NCBI GenBank assembly: GCA_002633005.1
Contig: NMRA01000425.1
Span: 282,805-346,804 of the forward strand
Origin: Phoronis australis
Lineage: Eukaryota; Animalia; Phoronida
Length of the DNA stretch: 64,000 nucleotides
Direction of reading: 5' to 3'
A model generated the notes under the pieces. That model was given only the letters and a program-made list of their open reading frames with translations. It was not told the origin of the DNA and did not search any database. Below are positions 1 to 12,800 of the stretch, one piece after another. The translations under genes and the position numbers were made by a program. The first letter of the stretch is position 1. Each line of letters begins with the position of its first letter.

Positions 1-320
1 AAACCACGTCATTATGTTGCGACACTCAACAAGTAAAACCCCCATTATAAGTGCTGAAGAACAGAAGCATTTGTGCAGAGGATTTAATAATTTATACAGA
101 TGATTTAGTGCTCAGAAATGATTTTCCTCGCTTTACTACCATAATGCATTCTACTGACATGACCTGATGTTTGCATTGACGATTTATGTTTGAGTATATG
201 ATGCTGCCGATCTAAGAAAGACTCAACTGTTCAATCAAATGACTTCATGCATCTGGCTGTCTAGTAACTTTGAATTTCCGTTACCATGATGACAATTCTA
301 ATTATAAACATAGGCCTCAC

Positions 321-3300
321 CTGTACAGGTACATGGCATCATAGACGGACCAGAGATTCTCCAGAATAAACTGGACAAACAATGGCTTCTTAGCTTTTGA
401 CTGTAAAGCAGACACAATGGAAATGAGGATTAGTGACGACCGATGGAGTAGGGGTTCTGTTATCTGCGGAATGGTCATTGCTTAGAGAAGACATTATAAA
501 TCAGTATTTATCTCACGATATCTATTAAGCGATACTTGCTTTAAGGGTTGCACAAAGAAAAACCACAGGGTAGGTTCCTGTAAATCTTGGCAGTCTGCAC
601 ATATTACGGATGAGAAACAAAAGTGTTATATTTCGAATTCTCACAAATGCGCATTCTACTTTCTCTTAACACCACACAATATCCATAAGTAAAAAAACTC
701 TTTAAGGTATACTACTATCATCTGCACAACACACACGTTTACATGATGTGTTGCTATTGGCAACACGCCACACTTGTCATTTCCTCCAATACCTGTGCTC
801 CTTTCATAATCCTCTTTGTCTTTGTGTTAAGATAGTAATCGCCCCAAAGGGTCTTCAGAAGAACTGCCTCACTCAATCCAAGTTTGCTGGCATACAGTTT
901 GGCAAAGTGGTCGATGCTGAAAATTATGGTGTACAGAATGATAGTCACCACAAGACATAAGAAAGCCCACTGAGTGGCACAGAAACATTTATACTGAAGA
1001 TTTATAAAGATTCAGCAAAATTATAGCCTAGTGGTTAGCACAGCTAACCATGTTGAGAGCTTCGAACAACCACAACTAACTTTTCCAGGAGTAACGGTTG
1101 TGTCCTACTTTGATTTAAATTCACATTAATCGCATCAAAAATTCCTCACCATTCATATTGCATTTGAAGAATTATTTTTAAGTGTAGATTAAGTTTAGCA
1201 ATACCCTTATGTAGTCATTTTACATTTCCCTGGTTAGATTCAGCCACAACGGAAAAAGTCGAGGAAACTCAACGATTGCTAATTCGATCCTCACAAAATA
1301 TTGTTGACAGCATTGCTTTACACCACCAGAACAAACCAACAATCGCTTGAGTTTATATTGAAATTATTCACATGCTAGCATACCTAAAGCCCCATCCATC
1401 AATGGAACTGGCAAAGACCACATTACCCAGGTCAGGTGAAAAGTACAGATGTTCGTCCTCAGCCTCCTCGATACCTGTGCTCCAGTCATACACCTGATCT
1501 GAGCACTTGAGCTCATCCTGGATACTGTTGCTAGGCGGTGGGTCACCTGAGAGGTCACCGACAGTCTCCTGCACAGAAATATCATAGCAAGACTTCACAT
1601 AATATATATTCTGAATATTTTCCCAAAATTGTACAATGAGACCAATAAGAAGACATGATGTTACTACCTGATTAATCATATAATTTAATTTATTGCAAAA
1701 GGCCACGAGACATGTTTAATGGTATGAATCAATCCATGTTCAGCACCTAGTAGGAAATCATATGGCTCAAATAAATACTTACACCAGAAAACTTTTCCAT
1801 GAAGTCAGAAGTAAACAGCTCTCCTGTGATTGCATTTATCTGAAAAGTACAAAAACCGATGTTTTGAACACAACAACGCTGCGTCACAAATAGCAAGCTG
1901 CAAGGGTTGTCAATACTCCCATAACAGAATTATAGAACTTAAAGCTGCAGTTCGCCCAGTTTAGCTGACTGAGAATAAAAATCGAATTAACCCCTTCGCT
2001 CTCATAAAATTGGTCTAATTCCTTGCGTAACAGGATTCTATTTCCTTCATCACTAAAGACACACCGTCAGGCAGTTTGAAAGCCTACAGCACCATTTTCC
2101 AATTCTCAATTACAAGGTTGGCCCATGCTAATGAACAGATGGTTTCTATGTTGAAAACTGAAATAGAATTCTATCAAGATAAAGAATGAAACTAATTGTA
2201 CGAGAGTAAAAGCTCTAATATGTGTTTTTAGTCAACTAAACACGGCAAATGCAGCCTCAAATAATCACCTTTAAATACAAATTTTTCATGTGCAGTTGGT
2301 AGCAACGCAATCAGTCGAATATTCCCAACCGGCCTGACAGTTGTACAAGTATGCCAATGTGTCCTAAAAATATAGGATATTTTTTTGTGGAATACTATTG
2401 GTTATGAGTACTAACGACAATTCCATGCCATTGTTTTACAAAACGGGGTATCCAGTTTTGATGACCAGTGACAAAGCTCAAGTTGTTGATGAAAGTCCCA
2501 TACTCTATGACTTGCACTAAGTCCCCTACTCAATGACTTGCACTAGGTCCCCTACTCTATGACTTGCACTAAGTCCCCTACTCTATGACTTGCACTATGT
2601 GTATTCAACTACCCATGGCCCATGCCCACCTTCATGAAGACTGACTCAAGCGTCCGTGGGTAGACAAGGGAGAGCTACAATCCTTTACCTGCTCTAGAAG
2701 TTGCTGGAGATGGACGTGAGCTTCAGCAGGACTCATCTTCAGTTCAGTAATCAGTCGGTCTAACTTGTTGAGCACGAGAACTGGCTTTAACTTCTCTAGC
2801 CAGGCCTGCCGGAGCACAGCATGCGTCTACAAGGCAACATTTTCAATGACTTTCATAACACTAGCTTAGTAACGAAACATGCCAGAACAAAGAGATAAAT
2901 CAATAAATTAGTTTTTTTTGTGTCATAATTAATTTTGAAGACACATTACAACAAAATTATGGTATTTAAAAAACAAAATACTCGGAGATTAAGGATCTCA
3001 CAACCACCATTTACAACGGACACACCTTCCCAACAGTCCCAAAAACAAAAAGATGGAGACGTTACCTTTTTGGTCATGCCTAAAGGGTGCAGGCCCCTTG
3101 ATTCCCACCTAAATCTAATTATGGAGTGAATGACTTGATACGACTAAAGTTTGTACCTGAGGACACACCCCCTCGACAACATCGACCAATACCACAGCTC
3201 CGTCACATAACCTGACAGCTGTTGACACCTCACTGGAGAAGTCAATGTGTCCAGGTGAATCTATCAGGTTCACTAAGTAATCTTTATTTTCTACAAATGC

Positions 3301-6300
3301 AATGTAAAAAGAGCATTTTAAAAACTTACAGCTTCATACAGGATTTAGGCAACACCTTCATTATTGACATGCATATTGAGCAATTTCATTATTATACAAA
3401 TGAGAGAGTGTTTTAACATATTATCCCATATGAGTCGAATCAGTCGAGTGCAATACGGCCATGTAATAAATGTTTTCGGTATTCACCTCCCGCACAACTT
3501 CAAAAGTGACCTCTGACATGGAAAGTTCAAAAGGTAAGTCAATGTCAACTCGACGTCGTTAACGGTTCGATCATCAAACTTTCCGAAAATGGTTTAAAGT
3601 AATACAATTGCAGCAGTAAAAATAACACTCAACTTGCAATCAGGTCCCAATCATAACATCTGGAACAGGACTGTTAATCATATGTCAGTTCTATTAGTTT
3701 TCAATTGCTAAATATTATATCGTCTGCAACTCAGGCGCCATTTCCTCGGTAACTACAATATCGAATATATTGTTGTTATTGTACTATTTTCAGGAGATGT
3801 TACAAGTTCAATTTACAGTTACCGTTGATTTCATCTTTTGTTATCTCTTTTCAAGTCATGAATCATTACATTTAAAACTGTTTTTTTTTTTACTAGACAA
3901 AACTTGCAACCTAACGCGCAAGTACATACAAATAGGATGTGGTCCGTCATGTGAACAGTCTGAGTGAAGTTATTTAAAAAAATCTGACAAAAAATGAAAG
4001 AAACTTAGGAATACAAACCGTATGGGATAACTAGAAAACGTATCTTGATTGGTGTACATGAAGTAATATCCCACATGAAATTATTCCGAGACCGAAGGTC
4101 GAGGTCGATACGCGAAATAATTTCTCGTGCGATATTACTTCATGTACGCCACTCTCAGTACATTTTGTGTATACGTATATTCAAATCATTACATAGATCT
4201 CCATGATAGCAATTAGCAGCATATGTTCATAAAAACAACGATGTATTTAAACAGGTTTGACATGTCAAGCTGGTTTAAATCTAGTTGTTTTTATCATCAT
4301 TACACATAGAAATTGGAGCAGAGCAAACAATGTGCTATAAGGGACACACATAGATATTGGAGCAGAGCAAACGATGTGCTATAAGGGACACACATAGATA
4401 TTGGAGCAGAGCAAACAATGTGCTATAAGGGACACACATAGATATTGGAGCAGAGCAAACAATGTGCTATAAGGGACACACATAGATATTGGAGCAGAGC
4501 AAACGATGTGCTATAAGGGACACACATAGATATTGGAGCAGAGCAAACAATGTGCTATAAGGGACACACATAGATATTGGAGCAGAGCAAACAATGTGCT
4601 ATANTATTTAAACAGGCTTGACATGTCAAGCTGGTTTAAATCTACAGTTGTTTATGTATTTAAACAGGCTTGACATGTCAAGCTGGTTTAAATCTACAGT
4701 TGTTTATGTATTTAAACAGGCTTGACATGTCAAGCTGGTTTAAATCTACAGTTGTCTTTATCATCATTACGCATAGAAATTAGAGCAGAGTAAACGATAT
4801 GCTATAAGGGACGTCCATTAAATTCACGTCATACAGTTAGACTGACTGCAATCATCAAAACTGAAACTCCACAAACAAGCCAATCCAAATAGTGGAATTT
4901 ACTGAGTCTTTCACTAAGGTACTCCTGGCTGACAAAGAAGTGTTTGCACTTTGAAAGCTGGCGTTCTTATTGGAATGCACCTTACTCACGCCATATTACA
5001 ATGAGCTTTCATTTAGATTTTAAAAACAACGCATTCCGCGCTAAATCACATTGCAAAACGGGATTTTTTCTTGTGCTTAGTTATATTTATGTCTCAAATG
5101 CATTGTTTTTTAACCTAAAGAGGCTCATTTTTAAAATGGTGACTGCATGAATAAGGTCAACAAAAATTAATGTGCTGCTACATTGCATAAACAGTGTTGA
5201 ATGTTTTGATTTAATTTTGCTATCCTCACATGCCGTCACGTTGTGAAATAAGGCGGGTTGACACATCAAACTTTATACCAGTAAAGTATGATTGGAGCAC
5301 AGCTCAAAGATGATATTTTTGGTTTAACAAACTGCCATATCTATATTTTATCCTACTTTCAACTTGGCAATTTTTGACCCGCTGATGTAGTACACAATAA
5401 AACTTCAGGCATTTCAATCATGGCATGTCTTAGAGGAAACGCCTGTGACAAAACGTGATGCAGTTGACTCGGTTGCCTTTATCTAAACACCACTTTATAC
5501 TGAATTCACCAGAATGCAGCCACTGGCCCGTGAACAAGCAGTTTACCATCAGATGTGTAGTGTAGAGATATTGCACTTGATTTCATGGTAATCCCTCTCA
5601 GTTGTTCTTCTTCCAAACTGTCCAAGTAGCGCAGCTGAAACAAGGGTACTACCATGAAAATAACATTAACACCTTGTTTTACTCACTCTATTTAGCCCGG
5701 TGGTAAAGGTCATTTGAAAATGCACTATGAACAGCAGATTTGCATTAAAATTCTGTTACAGACTGACAATAATGTTCTCATAAATAGTTCTGTAATAGCC
5801 ACAGGTACACTTAGAACTATTAAGCCAACTTTAAAAGTGACATGAACAATAAAGCAACCCCACATACGCCCACCCTGAACTGAGAACACACACGAGTTAT
5901 TTGCAGAAAGGAGCAGCAAACCACCAATCATATTCCTTTGCAGGTATCATTTCATTTATAATCAGAGACATTAACATGTTCAGCTGGACTATAGCGTACC
6001 TACTACAAAATGCCTAAGTTATTGTGAGTGTGCCGCTCCCTTCTAGAGGATTGATTGGAATGATGGGACAGGTGGAGCTTCCTGTTGTGCTGCCCCAAGA
6101 TACGATCTGTAGTATTGTCACGTATCTTGGGCGACCACAGCGGGTCGCTCAACTTGTGCCACAATTCCAACCTTTCCTCTAGAAGAGAGCGAGATGCTCT
6201 CAGGAGCTTACGTATTTTTTAGTAAGTTTAACATAGGCAAGCTTGATTTCTCTGATTATGAACTTCATTTTCAAATGACCTTTATCACCAGGCTAAATAG

Positions 6301-7158
6301 AGTGATAAAGATTTACATTTCAAGCCATTTCAATGCAAAACGATGCTGGAATGTAAGTTTTATCAAATAATTTTTAGGAAAGTTCCATTATAATAAAATT
6401 TCTAATGTTTAATGCCAATTAATGCGGTACCAACTAACTTTACTGGTCACATTCTGTTATGAAAAACTGGCACTCGCCATTTCAAAACCATTCTTCATAT
6501 TTCAGACCCAACAAACATTAATTTTTTTCTAACCAAGCTTCCACATATTTTTAATTTCTGTTGACAATTCTAAGAACACTCAGGCACATCTTCGCCTCCA
6601 CTAATTAAAGCTATTGTTACTCGGTCAACGAGACAAACTTTTGATTAACACCGGTTAACACTACATAACTGATCTCAGCTTGTTTCTTATTCAGATGAGA
6701 AGTTGTTTCCAGACTGGAGAACACTCGACATTTGCTACTGCTAGACAGCACGCTCAGTATATAAAATGACAAGCCACGGCAAGCCAACTTGATGAGTATG
6801 ACCTTAAACATTAACAAATTGTCAGTTCATTGCAAGCCCAGAAATCACATATGGTGTTTGAATGAAGAACAAACTGAGATCACTTTACTATTTGCACGCA
6901 ACCTAAACCAAATTTTTGACGATAGATAACTGAAGTAAAGACTGTGATTCATTTCAAAAAGCGAATAACAGCTTTTCAGTACAAATGATACTGTCCCACC
7001 TTGCCAGCCAAACGTTGTGATATAATTCCATTACTGGCCACCAGGGCATCGGCCATAGTGGTCTTGCCATGGTCCACGTGGGCCAAGATACAAATATTTC
7101 GAATCTGGCTTGGCCGTCCCTGGAGCTCTGTCAAAGCCTCAACTCCAATAGGCCTCAT
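321..7158 (-). CDS. EFL1: Elongation factor-like GTPase 1 (EFL1/EFTUD1/Ria1), N-terminal ~321 codons; gene continues beyond the left edge
   Basis: Coding exons (minus): 7158-7000, 5634-5547, 3290-3157, 2826-2689, 1839-1783, 1568-1384, 916-793, 400-321, all GT-AG with compatible phases. Translation has [16 protein letters not shown] (G1), RGITMKSS (G2), [15 protein letters not shown] (G3), NKLD (G4), [14 protein letters not shown], and the EFL1-type segments [18 protein letters not shown] and [14 protein letters not shown]. Confidence 0.95.
1939..2260. mobile_element. Degenerate MITE with TTAAAG-type end, possibly containing a nested TTAA-CCC MITE (~1987-2218)
   Basis: TTAAAGCTGCAGTTCGCCCAGTTTAGCTGACT at 1939 is an imperfect inverted copy of AGTCAACTAAACACGGCAAATGCAGCCTCAA ending near 2260. 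Confidence 0.4.
2493..2597. repeat. Minisatellite, 26-bp unit x4
   Basis: Unit AAGTCCCCTACTCTATGACTTGCACT. Confidence 0.9.
4050..4151. repeat. ~100-bp hairpin / palindromic MITE
   Basis: TGGTGTACATGAAGTAATATCCCACATGAAATTATT pairs imperfectly with AATAATTTCTCGTGCGATATTACTTCATGTACGCCA. Confidence 0.7.
4243..4812. repeat. Compound minisatellite: 44-bp unit x~7 (4302-4603) and 52-bp palindrome-containing unit x3 (4605-4757), split by an N at 4604
   Basis: 44-mer ACACATAGATATTGGAGCAGAGCAAACAATGTGCTATAAGGGAC; 52-mer TATTTAAACAGGCTTGACATGTCAAGCTGGTTTAAATCTACAGTTGTTTATG. Confidence 0.9.
5683..6305. mobile_element. Palindromic (foldback) MITE with ~230 bp of extra sequence in its left arm
   Basis: TCACTCTATTTAGCCCGGTGGTAAAGGTCATTTGAAAATG is inverted as CATTTTCAAATGACCTTTATCACCAGGCTAAATAGAGTGA. 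Inner pairs include ATAATCAGAGA/TCTCTGATTAT, CTTCTAGAGGA/TCCTCTAGAAG and CCCAAGATACG/CGTATCTTGGG. Confidence 0.75.
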
Positions 7159-9295
7159 GTCGTTGGACCTATAAAACAATATTAATTAATTAGTTACCAT
7201 TGACCTGAGTAAGCCCTGCTTTGGTGGGACAAAGTGGTCAAGTTCAACCGAAAGTGAGATAAAAATGAGGCGTTTTATTAAGCCAAAAACATGAACTCCA
7301 TTCCATTCCAGCATACAAGATGGGTTGAATTCCATTATTTCACAATTCACAAAATTAATTAAACATCTGGCACCTGGGAAATGAGTTACAGCCATATTAC
7401 AAAACAACTTGCTCAACGTAACTTTAAATGAAACACCCTGATTGTAACATACCTAAAGCTGAAATCAATATCTTATCATTTAATATACTTAATTGTTTAA
7501 CCCATCAAAAGTATATCAGTCTGATTGCTAAGTTAGCCAAATTTAAACATTTTTCTAAGGTTCTACATATTAATTTAACCAAAACATACCCTTATACATT
7601 TTATACCCTTATACATTTATTCTGCTGCTAAATTTGTGGAGCAACAATATGCATCAGATTTCAGTGCCATAAAATAGAACGCCACCTATTGGCCAATTTC
7701 CAGATTCTGTACATTTCACAACGAATTATCGATAATGGTTTCACTTCATTATAAGTTTTTAGTATTGGTATATTTCTGAAACAACAGAGTAGACTGAAGA
7801 TCCTAAAGTTCCAGACTACAGAATACCATTCAAACCTAACCCGTGTCAGTTAAAGTCACTCACAATGAGTCAAGAGAGGTGGTGAAGAACACCACGTTGA
7901 CTGCAGGGCCGAGTAAGCAAGTGAGATCATGTGCGATATCTTACAGTTTTGTGTGTTCTTGCATTTTCAAGAGAATCTCGTCTCTACGACTACGGAACGC
8001 AAACTAGATTTTGCATGCATGCATCCCCCAGTCGTTGGCACTAAATGTTGATACGAGTTTTAAGAAGACATTATAAGCAGAACTACTCGCGCAGTGGGAA
8101 ATTTCGAGATCTATATGAAATTACCACACATCCACTGCTAGCTGTATCTTTAAGCTAATGTTAACACAGCTGGCTGGCAGTGACTGAGTGACAGAGACAT
8201 ACCCGTGACACAGATCACAGGCACCTTTAATCAGCCACTTGTAGGCGAGTTCATGATTAAAATTACTGGGACAGTTAAACATACACTTCAAATCGGTAAT
8301 TGTGAGTTTTGATGCTTAACTTAATATTTGTTTAGGGAAGGCAAAAATCATTGAAAGCAAATGCAACCACCTGATTTAGGCAATATGCCTCAAATTCCAA
8401 AATTCCCTCACCGATTAACCATGGGTGCTGGAGATTATGCTTCCAATAGGCAATGTCCATGCTCGACGTAAAGTTGCATCAAATCAAAATAACAACATAT
8501 TTAGTAGCGACACACCCTGGTGGTCATGAAAGTAAATACTAAAAACGATATTCTTCGAACAAGTGTGCATCACTACAAGCACATGTTCATCCATTTTCTG
8601 TGTTTTCACTTGACTTAAACATAGTCTTTATACAAAAGGTATTAGAAGTCAGATTCGTTCCAGAGTGCGTTTTCAACACGTCATGGCTAACCACCTAAAA
8701 AAACAGTGGGTATAATTACCACACCTCTCCGACTCGCGCCTCTGCCAAATGAATGGCACAAAACTTTAAACCAATCAGCAACTGTGTCACTGTCACACAC
8801 GTTGTTGTTTTCACTTGGTACAAGGCTATTTTGAGCATGCGCATTGGAGCATAATCCTGCGGTATTCATAGTTAATCACTAAGTGTATTGTGGAATTTGG
8901 CGCATGTTGCTTGCATCTGATGGTTCCATTTGTCTTTGATGCTTTTGTCTTCTTTAAGCAAACATTAAGTTAAACATGGATACGGTAAGGTACTTGTTAG
9001 CAAATTGAAGTGTATTTTTTACTGTCCCCTTAATTTTAATCTGTAAAAGCTCACCTGCTCGTCAGCCACATTGGGTCAACTTGTATACCTTTTATATATT
9101 ACAGTATATAAATTCGAGTGACTGGTGAGAGTGCCTGTGCCTGCGCACAGTCACTGACTTCAGTCTGAGAGTGAGAGTGAGAGTGAGAAAGATGGATTGG
9201 AATTGCCAATTCCAATTCATGGTTGCCAACTAGGCTAGGACGTCCACATGTTGTGAATAAAGTTTTCATATTCTGAATTCAAGTAAATTACTTAC

Positions 9296-9855
9296 CAATT
9301 AAACTACGTGAATAGAAGTACAAATGTTTTTTCTGTGTTTCTTAAGCTTAAAATATCGCCAGGTCTCCTAGAACTGCAGAAAAACTTGATATTTACTCTT
9401 GTTGTGAAACGTTTCATTTTACCGGAAGATCGACCATTTTTAATCCCGAAATTTAACGCGAGAATTCAATGATTCGCTTACAGAACAGGCTATTTCATGT
9501 CAAGGGAGTCTTGTATTTTCGAATTAAAAATATATTAAGTGAATTAAATTTTGATTAACTAACTTGGGTAATCTTATATCGAAATAAGGAAAATAAATAT
9601 CATATCAACTGAATCTCTTGCAAAAGCAAAATTTTTGGCAACTCTAACATGGAGTGGAAACCTTCACCCCCTTTCAGAGCATTCATGGTTACCAGTCTCC
9701 TAAATAAACAACATTGCAACCGAATGCTTGACGACACGTTGTATACAGAGTTGTCTTCCTTTAATAGTAGTTTATCTGTTAGCAGGCTAGGAACAAGAGG
9801 AAGATTTGGGAACATTTAACAATTTGAACTTAAGGATTTTGTCTGTGTCTTGATT
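9296..9855. promoter_or_regulatory. Probable bidirectional promoter region shared by EFL1 and SAXO, including a putative non-coding first exon of EFL1 ending at 9296
   Basis: The EFL1 ATG exon has an acceptor 10 nt upstream of the ATG, so a 5' UTR exon should exist. There is a strong minus-strand donor (G/GTAAGT) at 9296/9295, an ETS-like CCGGAAG at 9422-9428, and the SAXO ATG at 9856 on the opposite strand. Transcription start sites are inferred. Confidence 0.55.
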
Positions 9856-12800
9856 ATGCCGAAACGGTGTATTTGTGAGATATGTACATGCGGGTAAGTG
9901 GAGAAAGCATTCAGTGAAAACTCGCGGAATTTCAACTAAGTTTGCTTCTCATTTCACTAACATGTTCGCCGGCGGCGTGCATGATTGTCACTTCTGAAAA
10001 CAGTAATTTTGGGCGGCACGGGCACAGTCCTGTACGTGGCTTGGTTGTTTTATCCAATTAGAAAGTATCAATTGTGCAGGCATTTATTTTCCCTTTTTTC
10101 TGTCAGTGTCGGCGTCATTTGCTGTTAATAGAAAACTGTATTAGCGCCAAGTAACCTCTATGACATTTCGCTCTTGCCAGTACTGGTACGTAGTTAGATG
10201 CCAATAATGTGTTTATTTCCATTTTTTAAGATAAAATAACTTCTTTCATCATTTTTAATTGCTATTATTATTAATTCAGTCATACCTATGGTGATTTTTT
10301 AGTTTCTTTGAATGAGAGTTTAATATATTTGTAGTATTCAAATGAATTCTACTTGTATTTTCATTGTTTTTTTATATGTTATTTCATGAATATATGTGAC
10401 CACAAGAAAAACTGCAACTTTCAATAAATGGTGAATTTAACGATTTTACGAGAAAATCTGCTGCAGACTGTTAGATTGGAGCCATGGTACACGTGACCTT
10501 AAATGTTTACACACGAGGCGTGTTTCATTTAAAGTTAAGTTGAGCAAGTTGTTTTGGTTGTATGACTGTAAGTCGAAACATGCCGATTCACAAACTTGCA
10601 ATATTGAATGTTTTGATCTAATTTTGTGAGATGTCGCAAAAAATAGAGTCGTGAAATTAGGCAGTTTGACACTTCTTGTTTTCTATACTGTGATCGTAAT
10701 GGAGTGCGTCTTAAAGACTGAAATGCTTTACTTTTACATTATAATGCTTTGAAGGTGACTTGCCAAAGCAATACTCAGTCCTTCGTACTTTCAGATTGAT
10801 TAAACATTTGCTAGTGCTATGATTTTAATCACCTGTTTGTCATTTTTAATTTGGCTACATAACTTTTCATTCATTGTCCGACGGAGGTTACTCCAAGGAA
10901 AACTGGTGAAATCATTTGAATTTATAGATTTAATTTGCAAAACTGGGACTGCAAAGATGTTGTCATCAACAATAAATGTGCACTGAATAATTTTCTTGAC
11001 AGACAACTTCCAGTAGATGTAAATCTGATTTTCTGAAAATGCTGACCTGATTTGTTCTCCAGGAAATATGGCATTACAGCATTCTAAATTATTTTTAGAT
11101 TTTCTGTTATTTCTTTAATTCAAATACATTTTCTAGCAACTGGATACCTCCCTTTTTAGAATTTAGTTTCTGATAGTCACTTGCTGAAATGGTAATGCTT
11201 GTACAATTGTGTTGTTACGGATTAGTTTCTATGAACTGGAGACTTTGTTGCCATAGCAACTACCTACATAGATTATCCCCTTGTTGTGGTGATTGACAAG
11301 TTGTTGGGAAGGCGTTGTTAAACACTGCATCAAACAACACGTAAGTGAGTTTTTCATTAAATTTTGATGAACTTTGGTTAAAACAACATTGATAAGATAG
11401 TGGTGGAGTTTATCTGAACATAGCTTGGTGACTAGATTTTAGTAGAGTTTCTGTAATCCTCTCGCTGCAGTTTTTGAATTTACAACTTAAGGTCCTAGAT
11501 AAGAGAAATCTGCTCACTTGTGTTATAAAAGTGTTTATCCTCTTAATTGTTTTTGTTGTAATATAAATGTGAATACTGTGGTATATTCCATCTGTTAAGC
11601 ATACTGATTAAGGAATTATTACCAGTATTTTATTATCTTGTTATGGATATTTAACCATTTAATGTAGTTTTCAATGGTTGCATAAATCTGCAAATTTCAT
11701 AATCTGTTTGAGATTTATACACAGTAGTAGTGCGATTTTATTAGAAATTATTTGTGATGGATCAAATACGTCATCAATGTAAGAAGTGGATTTAATTTAT
11801 TCCACTTATGAGATCACATATAGCCATAATTGCACAGGTTCATTTTGCAATGCAGGCAGTGAATGATTGCTTAGCAACAGAACTTTCACTGGAAGTGATT
11901 GACAGGTGATTGACAGTTAATGTAAGCTCCTTTGTTCACTGTCCATTTTTTCCAAAGATTTTTGTGGCCAAAAAGCCTCCAGATGTTTCTTTCAAAAAGA
12001 AGTGAATGGGCTCTTTTGGAAACTTGTACTGCTGTCCGTATCACCCTGATTAGTAATGGACTTTTACTGCTGTCCATATCACCCTGATTGGTAAATGGAC
12101 TTGAATTAAGTGTACTACCCGTTTCAGTGTTCAGTTCATCAGCGGTAAAACTGAACTAAAACTATAGTCTGGTGATGCCTTAGCTGACTTGTTAAGCAGT
12201 TGATCTTCCCATACCTCCATTACTGGTTGAACACAGAACAAACCGGATCCCACAAATTTTTTTACTTCTTTTCCGAAATAGCCCCCATGTGATCTCTTTG
12301 GGAACTCTTTTGGAAGACCCCAGTCAATCTCTGTCTTAACATCTGGTGATATCAGTTTTCTACTTCATTGGTGTTTTATGCTGATATCAAGCAGTTGAGG
12401 TGTTATATCTGTTGCTGATGGTGAGTAACATGTGAACAACTGTTGTAAAGAAGAACCAAAAGTATTGCAGTACCAACAGTTGCTGTGTGCTAGTGATATG
12501 ACTAATTCTCATCAATTTTGTACAAAAATAATTAGCCAAAAGAGTTTTTTCATTCTTCAAAGGTTTCTAATAATTGCTGTGAATGTCAGATTGTTGCTAA
12601 GGTATACAAGCTGGGACTGATAACCCATTATTTTGTGCTTAAGTGAAAAATAAAATAAGTTGTGTCCTATTTGGTGAGATTTTACTGCAGACGTTTAGTT
12701 TTAAATTACATTTTCCAATCAACACTTTTTCTTTGTCCATATAGGCAGCTTTAGCACTTCAAGTCTTTTGCTTTGGTTGCTAAGGGGGTGCCTAGATTTT

